DNA of 64,000 nucleotides from Alphaproteobacteria bacterium (lineage in GTDB: Bacteria; Pseudomonadota; Alphaproteobacteria; CACIAM-22H2): positions 3,881,048-3,945,047 of the forward strand of contig OZ257155.1 of NCBI GenBank assembly GCA_965279355.1, read 5' to 3'. Below the pieces are notes generated by a model. It saw nothing but the letters and a program-made list of their open reading frames with translations, did no database searches and was not told the origin of the DNA. Positions within the stretch are counted from its first letter, which is position 1. Every line of letters starts with the position of its first letter. The position numbers and the translations under genes were made by a program. Below, piece after piece: positions 61,554-64,000 of the stretch.

Positions 61554-62630
61554 ATGACAAAGCGAATCGGCATTCTGACCAGCGGCGGCGATTGCGCGGG
61601 TCTTAACGCGGCGATCCGGGCCGTGGTTCTGCGGGCCAGGGGCTATGGCTGGACTGTCGTCGGTATCAGGAACGGTACCGCAGGCCTGATGGAGCGCCCG
61701 GTTCAGGCGGTTGAACTCGGCGACGAGTACACGTCGACGCAGATCATGCGCCAGGGCGGGACGGTGCTGGGGACGACGAACACGGGCGATCCCTTCGCGT
61801 TCCCAAAACCCGACGGCAGCAAATACGATCGCTCCAACGAGGTGATCGAGGGATACAGGTCGCTGAAGCTCGACGCGCTCATCGGCATCGGTGGCGATGG
61901 CAGCTTCGCCATTCTTCGGCGGTTGGCGAAACAGGGCGGCATCAACATGGTCGGCATTCCCAAGACCATAGACAACGATCTCGACATGACGGAGGAAGCA
62001 ATCGGCTTTCCGACGGCGGTCGAAGTGGCGACCGATGCCCTCGACAAGCTACAGCCGACGGCGGCCAGTCATAGCCGCGTGATGGTGCTGGAGGTGATGG
62101 GTCGCGATGCCGGCAACATCGCCATCTCGGCTGGAATCGCCGGCGGTGCCGATATCATTCTGGTGCCGGAGATTCCCTGGAACATGGCGTGCCTCAAAAG
62201 CCGCATCGAAGACATCAAGGCACGCGGGCGGAATTTCGCTCTGGTGGTGGTCGCGGAGGCGGTGCAGACTCTGAAAGGTGAGGCGGCGACCGTGACCAAT
62301 GTCGGCGGCCAGGTCCGCTACGGCGGGATCGGCCATTACGTTGCCGACATGATTGCCAAGGAGACCGGCGCCGAGACGCGGGTGACGCAGCTTGGCCATG
62401 TTCAGCGCGGGGGCGAGCCCAATGCGCGAGACCGTCTGCTGGCGACCCAGTTTGGCGTGCATGCGGTGGAGTTGATTGCCAATGGGCGGTACGACCGCAT
62501 GGTGGCTCTTTGGAAACGCGAGATCATCGACGTGCCGCTGCGCGAAGCCATTCTCCAGCCGCAGGTCGTCGATCCCAACGGAGCGCTGGTGCGCACGGCC
62601 CGGGGATTGGGCATCTGCCTTGGTGATTAA
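61554..62630 (+). CDS. pfk: 6-phosphofructokinase
   Basis: It has the motifs GILTSGGDCAGLNAAIR, GGDGS and PKTIDND. Confidence 0.85.
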   Translation: MTKRIGILTSGGDCAGLNAAIRAVVLRARGYGWTVVGIRNGTAGLMERPVQAVELGDEYTSTQIMRQGGTVLGTTNTGDPFAFPKPDGSKYDRSNEVIEGYRSLKLDALIGIGGDGSFAILRRLAKQGGINMVGIPKTIDNDLDMTEEAIGFPTAVEVATDALDKLQPTAASHSRVMVLEVMGRDAGNIAISAGIAGGADIILVPEIPWNMACLKSRIEDIKARGRNFALVVVAEAVQTLKGEAATVTNVGGQVRYGGIGHYVADMIAKETGAETRVTQLGHVQRGGEPNARDRLLATQFGVHAVELIANGRYDRMVALWKREIIDVPLREAILQPQVVDPNGALVRTARGLGICLGD

Positions 62631-62815
62631 AAGCTGATCGCCATAGGGCGATGTTTGCCCTCAATGGTTCAGACTGCCCGTTCCGGCGGCGACAGGTTTG
62701 CCGCCGAAGAATAGGAACGTCGTCTCGACATCGTGTGACGCGGAGTCTGCTTGACGGCAGCAGGGTGCTCTGAGACAGTTTGCGAAACGTAGAGAGTTGA
62801 ACAGGGCACGAGTTA

Positions 62816-62844
62816 GGGCCGCCGCCTGGCGGCCCTAATTTTTT
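62816..62844 (+). terminator. Rho-independent terminator about 185 nt downstream of pfk
   Basis: A hairpin GGGCCGCCGCCTGGCGGCCC followed by TAATTTTTTG. Confidence 0.6.
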
Positions 62845-62849
62845 GCGCT

Positions 62850-62887
62850 CAAAGAATTCGGGGTGCAGGGCCTGCGCCCTGCACCCC
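62850..62887 (-). terminator. Hairpin terminator candidate downstream of the hsp20 gene
   Basis: A perfect 12-bp inverted repeat GGGGTGCAGGGC-CTGC-GCCCTGCACCCC. The U-tract on the minus strand is weak (GAAUUCUUU). Confidence 0.4.
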
Positions 62888-62915
62888 ATTATTATTCAAG
62901 GCAAACGAGAGAGGC

Positions 62916-63362
62916 TTACGCGGCCTTGAGCGTCTTGGCCGGCGCGCTGGTCTCGATCTTGATGGTGCGCGGACGCTTGGCTTCCGGCACCTCGCGGACG
63001 AGCTCCACATGGAGCAGACCGTTTACCATCGTGGCGCCGACAACCTTGATGTGGTCGGCAAGCTGGAAGCTGCGCTCGAAAGCGCGTCCGGCGATCCCGC
63101 GATGGAGATACTCGGTTTTTTCGTCGACCGGTTTCGCGCGGCCCGAAACAAGCAGCGTGTTCTCCTGAGCGACGATGTTCACATCGTCTTCGCCGAAGCC
63201 CGCAACGGCCATCGTGATGCGGTAGGAGTCTTCGCCGGTCTTTTCGATGTTGTAGGGCGGGTAGGCGACGCCGTCGTTGACCTGCGCCTGGTCAAACAGA
63301 TGGCTCAGGCGGTCAAAGCCAATGGTCGAGCGGAAAAGGGGAGAGAAGTCAAAATTCGTCAT
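62916..63362 (-). CDS. Hsp20/alpha-crystallin family small heat-shock protein
   Basis: The ORF is trimmed to MTNFDF. It has an alpha-crystallin domain with the GLLHVEL motif. Confidence 0.85.
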   Translation of the reverse strand: MTNFDFSPLFRSTIGFDRLSHLFDQAQVNDGVAYPPYNIEKTGEDSYRITMAVAGFGEDDVNIVAQENTLLVSGRAKPVDEKTEYLHRGIAGRAFERSFQLADHIKVVGATMVNGLLHVELVREVPEAKRPRTIKIETSAPAKTLKAA

Positions 63363-63456
63363 GGTCCATATCCTCCAATGAGCGACACGGTTGATCGGAT
63401 CCACCACCATGGTCGGATCCTCTTTCAGAGCCAGGTCCGCTATGCAGCACCCGGTA
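63363..63456 (-). promoter_or_regulatory. ROSE-like RNA thermometer 5' leader of the hsp20 gene
   Basis: The 3' end of the leader reads GUCGCUCAUUGGAGGAUAUG, which can be compared with the ROSE hairpin-IV consensus ..GCUCGCUUGCUCCUUGGAGGAUUUGGCUAUG. Its position upstream of an hsp20 gene is typical for Bradyrhizobium. Confidence 0.5.
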
Positions 63457-63462
63457 CGGAAA

Positions 63463-63490
63463 CATTTAGTGCCCGGATGTGGAGGTTCAA
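63463..63490 (-). promoter_or_regulatory. Candidate sigma70-type promoter for the hsp20 leader (-35 TTGAAC, about 16 nt spacer, -10 TAAATG)
   Basis: Read from the sequence on the minus strand. Confidence 0.35.
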
Positions 63491-63543
63491 GGGTACGGCG
63501 CGGCAGATTTTTTTCTGAAAAAACAATTTTCTAGAAGCTGCGC

Positions 63544-63575
63544 CAAAAAAAAGAAGGCGCCCCGAGGGGCGCCTT
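63544..63575 (-). terminator. Rho-independent terminator of the upstream tctA-like gene
   Basis: A perfect hairpin GAAGGCGCCCC-GAGG-GGCGCCTTC followed on the minus strand by UUUUUUUU. Confidence 0.6.
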
Positions 63576-63614
63576 CAAGGGGTCTTGCCGGACGAATCCG
63601 ACAGGAGGAAAGCC

Positions 63615-64000
63615 TTACTCTTCCTGAAACGCAACTTCGCGGGTTTTGCGGAACTGCGGCAGGACGACCAGCAGGACAATGCCCAGTGCCATGATCAGCA
63701 GGGTCAGCGAAATCGGCCGGCTGACGAAGATGGAGGGGTCGCCGCGCGACAGCACCATGGCGCGCCGCAGGTTTTCCTCCATCAGCGGCCCCAGTACGAA
63801 CCCCAGCACCAGCGGTGCCGGCTCGCAGCCGAAGCGATGCAGCATGTAGCCGAAGCAGGTGAACAGCGCGGTCAGATACATGTCCGTCGTGTTGTTGTTG
63901 ATCGCGTAGATGCCGATCAAACAGAACATCATGATGACAGGGAAGAGCAGACGGTACGGCACCTTGAGCAGCTTCACCCACATGCCGATCATCGGCAGGT
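63615..64000 (-). CDS. Tripartite tricarboxylate transporter TctA-family permease, C-terminal part (the gene continues past the window end)
   Basis: The hydrophobic C-terminus ...LGIVLLVVLPQFRKTREVAFQEE is typical of TctA. There is no upstream stop codon before position 64000. Confidence 0.7.
   Translation of the reverse strand, partial: LPMIGMWVKLLKVPYRLLFPVIMMFCLIGIYAINNNTTDMYLTALFTCFGYMLHRFGCEPAPLVLGFVLGPLMEENLRRAMVLSRGDPSIFVSRPISLTLLIMALGIVLLVVLPQFRKTREVAFQEE

Overview
This is a high-GC (~65%) chromosomal segment that looks like Bradyrhizobiaceae or another Rhizobiales genome. It is densely packed with about 60 protein-coding genes on both strands. I found no rRNA, tRNA, CRISPR array or obvious mobile element. 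Most genes are housekeeping or core metabolism: folB (partial), an SDR pteridine-reductase-like gene, uvrB, an aspartate aminotransferase, panE, pyk, a glycerate kinase, folD, metF, the fused trpE(G), pntAA/pntAB/pntB, panC, rpsU, def, purK, purE, pfk, pepF, an ABC1 kinase, and an indolepyruvate:ferredoxin oxidoreductase. There are also several transporters: a TetR-regulated RND efflux operon, four MFS/DMT genes, a NitT/TauT-type ABC uptake system, and a fused ABC exporter. The regulatory signals I can read directly are: a Trp-rich leader peptide and attenuator upstream of trpE(G); tandem palindromic TetR-type operators upstream of the RND operon; a ROSE-like RNA thermometer leader upstream of a small heat-shock gene; DnaA-box-like repeats upstream of a gapR (DUF2312) homolog; and several hairpin/U-tract terminators. 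Regions that look accessory or poorly characterised are: a slightly lower-GC block with two SAM-methyltransferase-like genes, a DUF1244 gene and a secreted alpha/beta hydrolase; an operon of an HTH-methyltransferase fusion regulator (SahR-like architecture) with metF and folD and a long structured leader; an EF-G paralog whose catalytic His is replaced by Ser, next to an atypical fused ABC exporter; a small secreted Cys-rich protein upstream of uvrB; and a tandem-duplicated DUF1428 protein. I see no clear-cut defence or novel multi-gene system, so the candidates are reported as hypotheses with tests.
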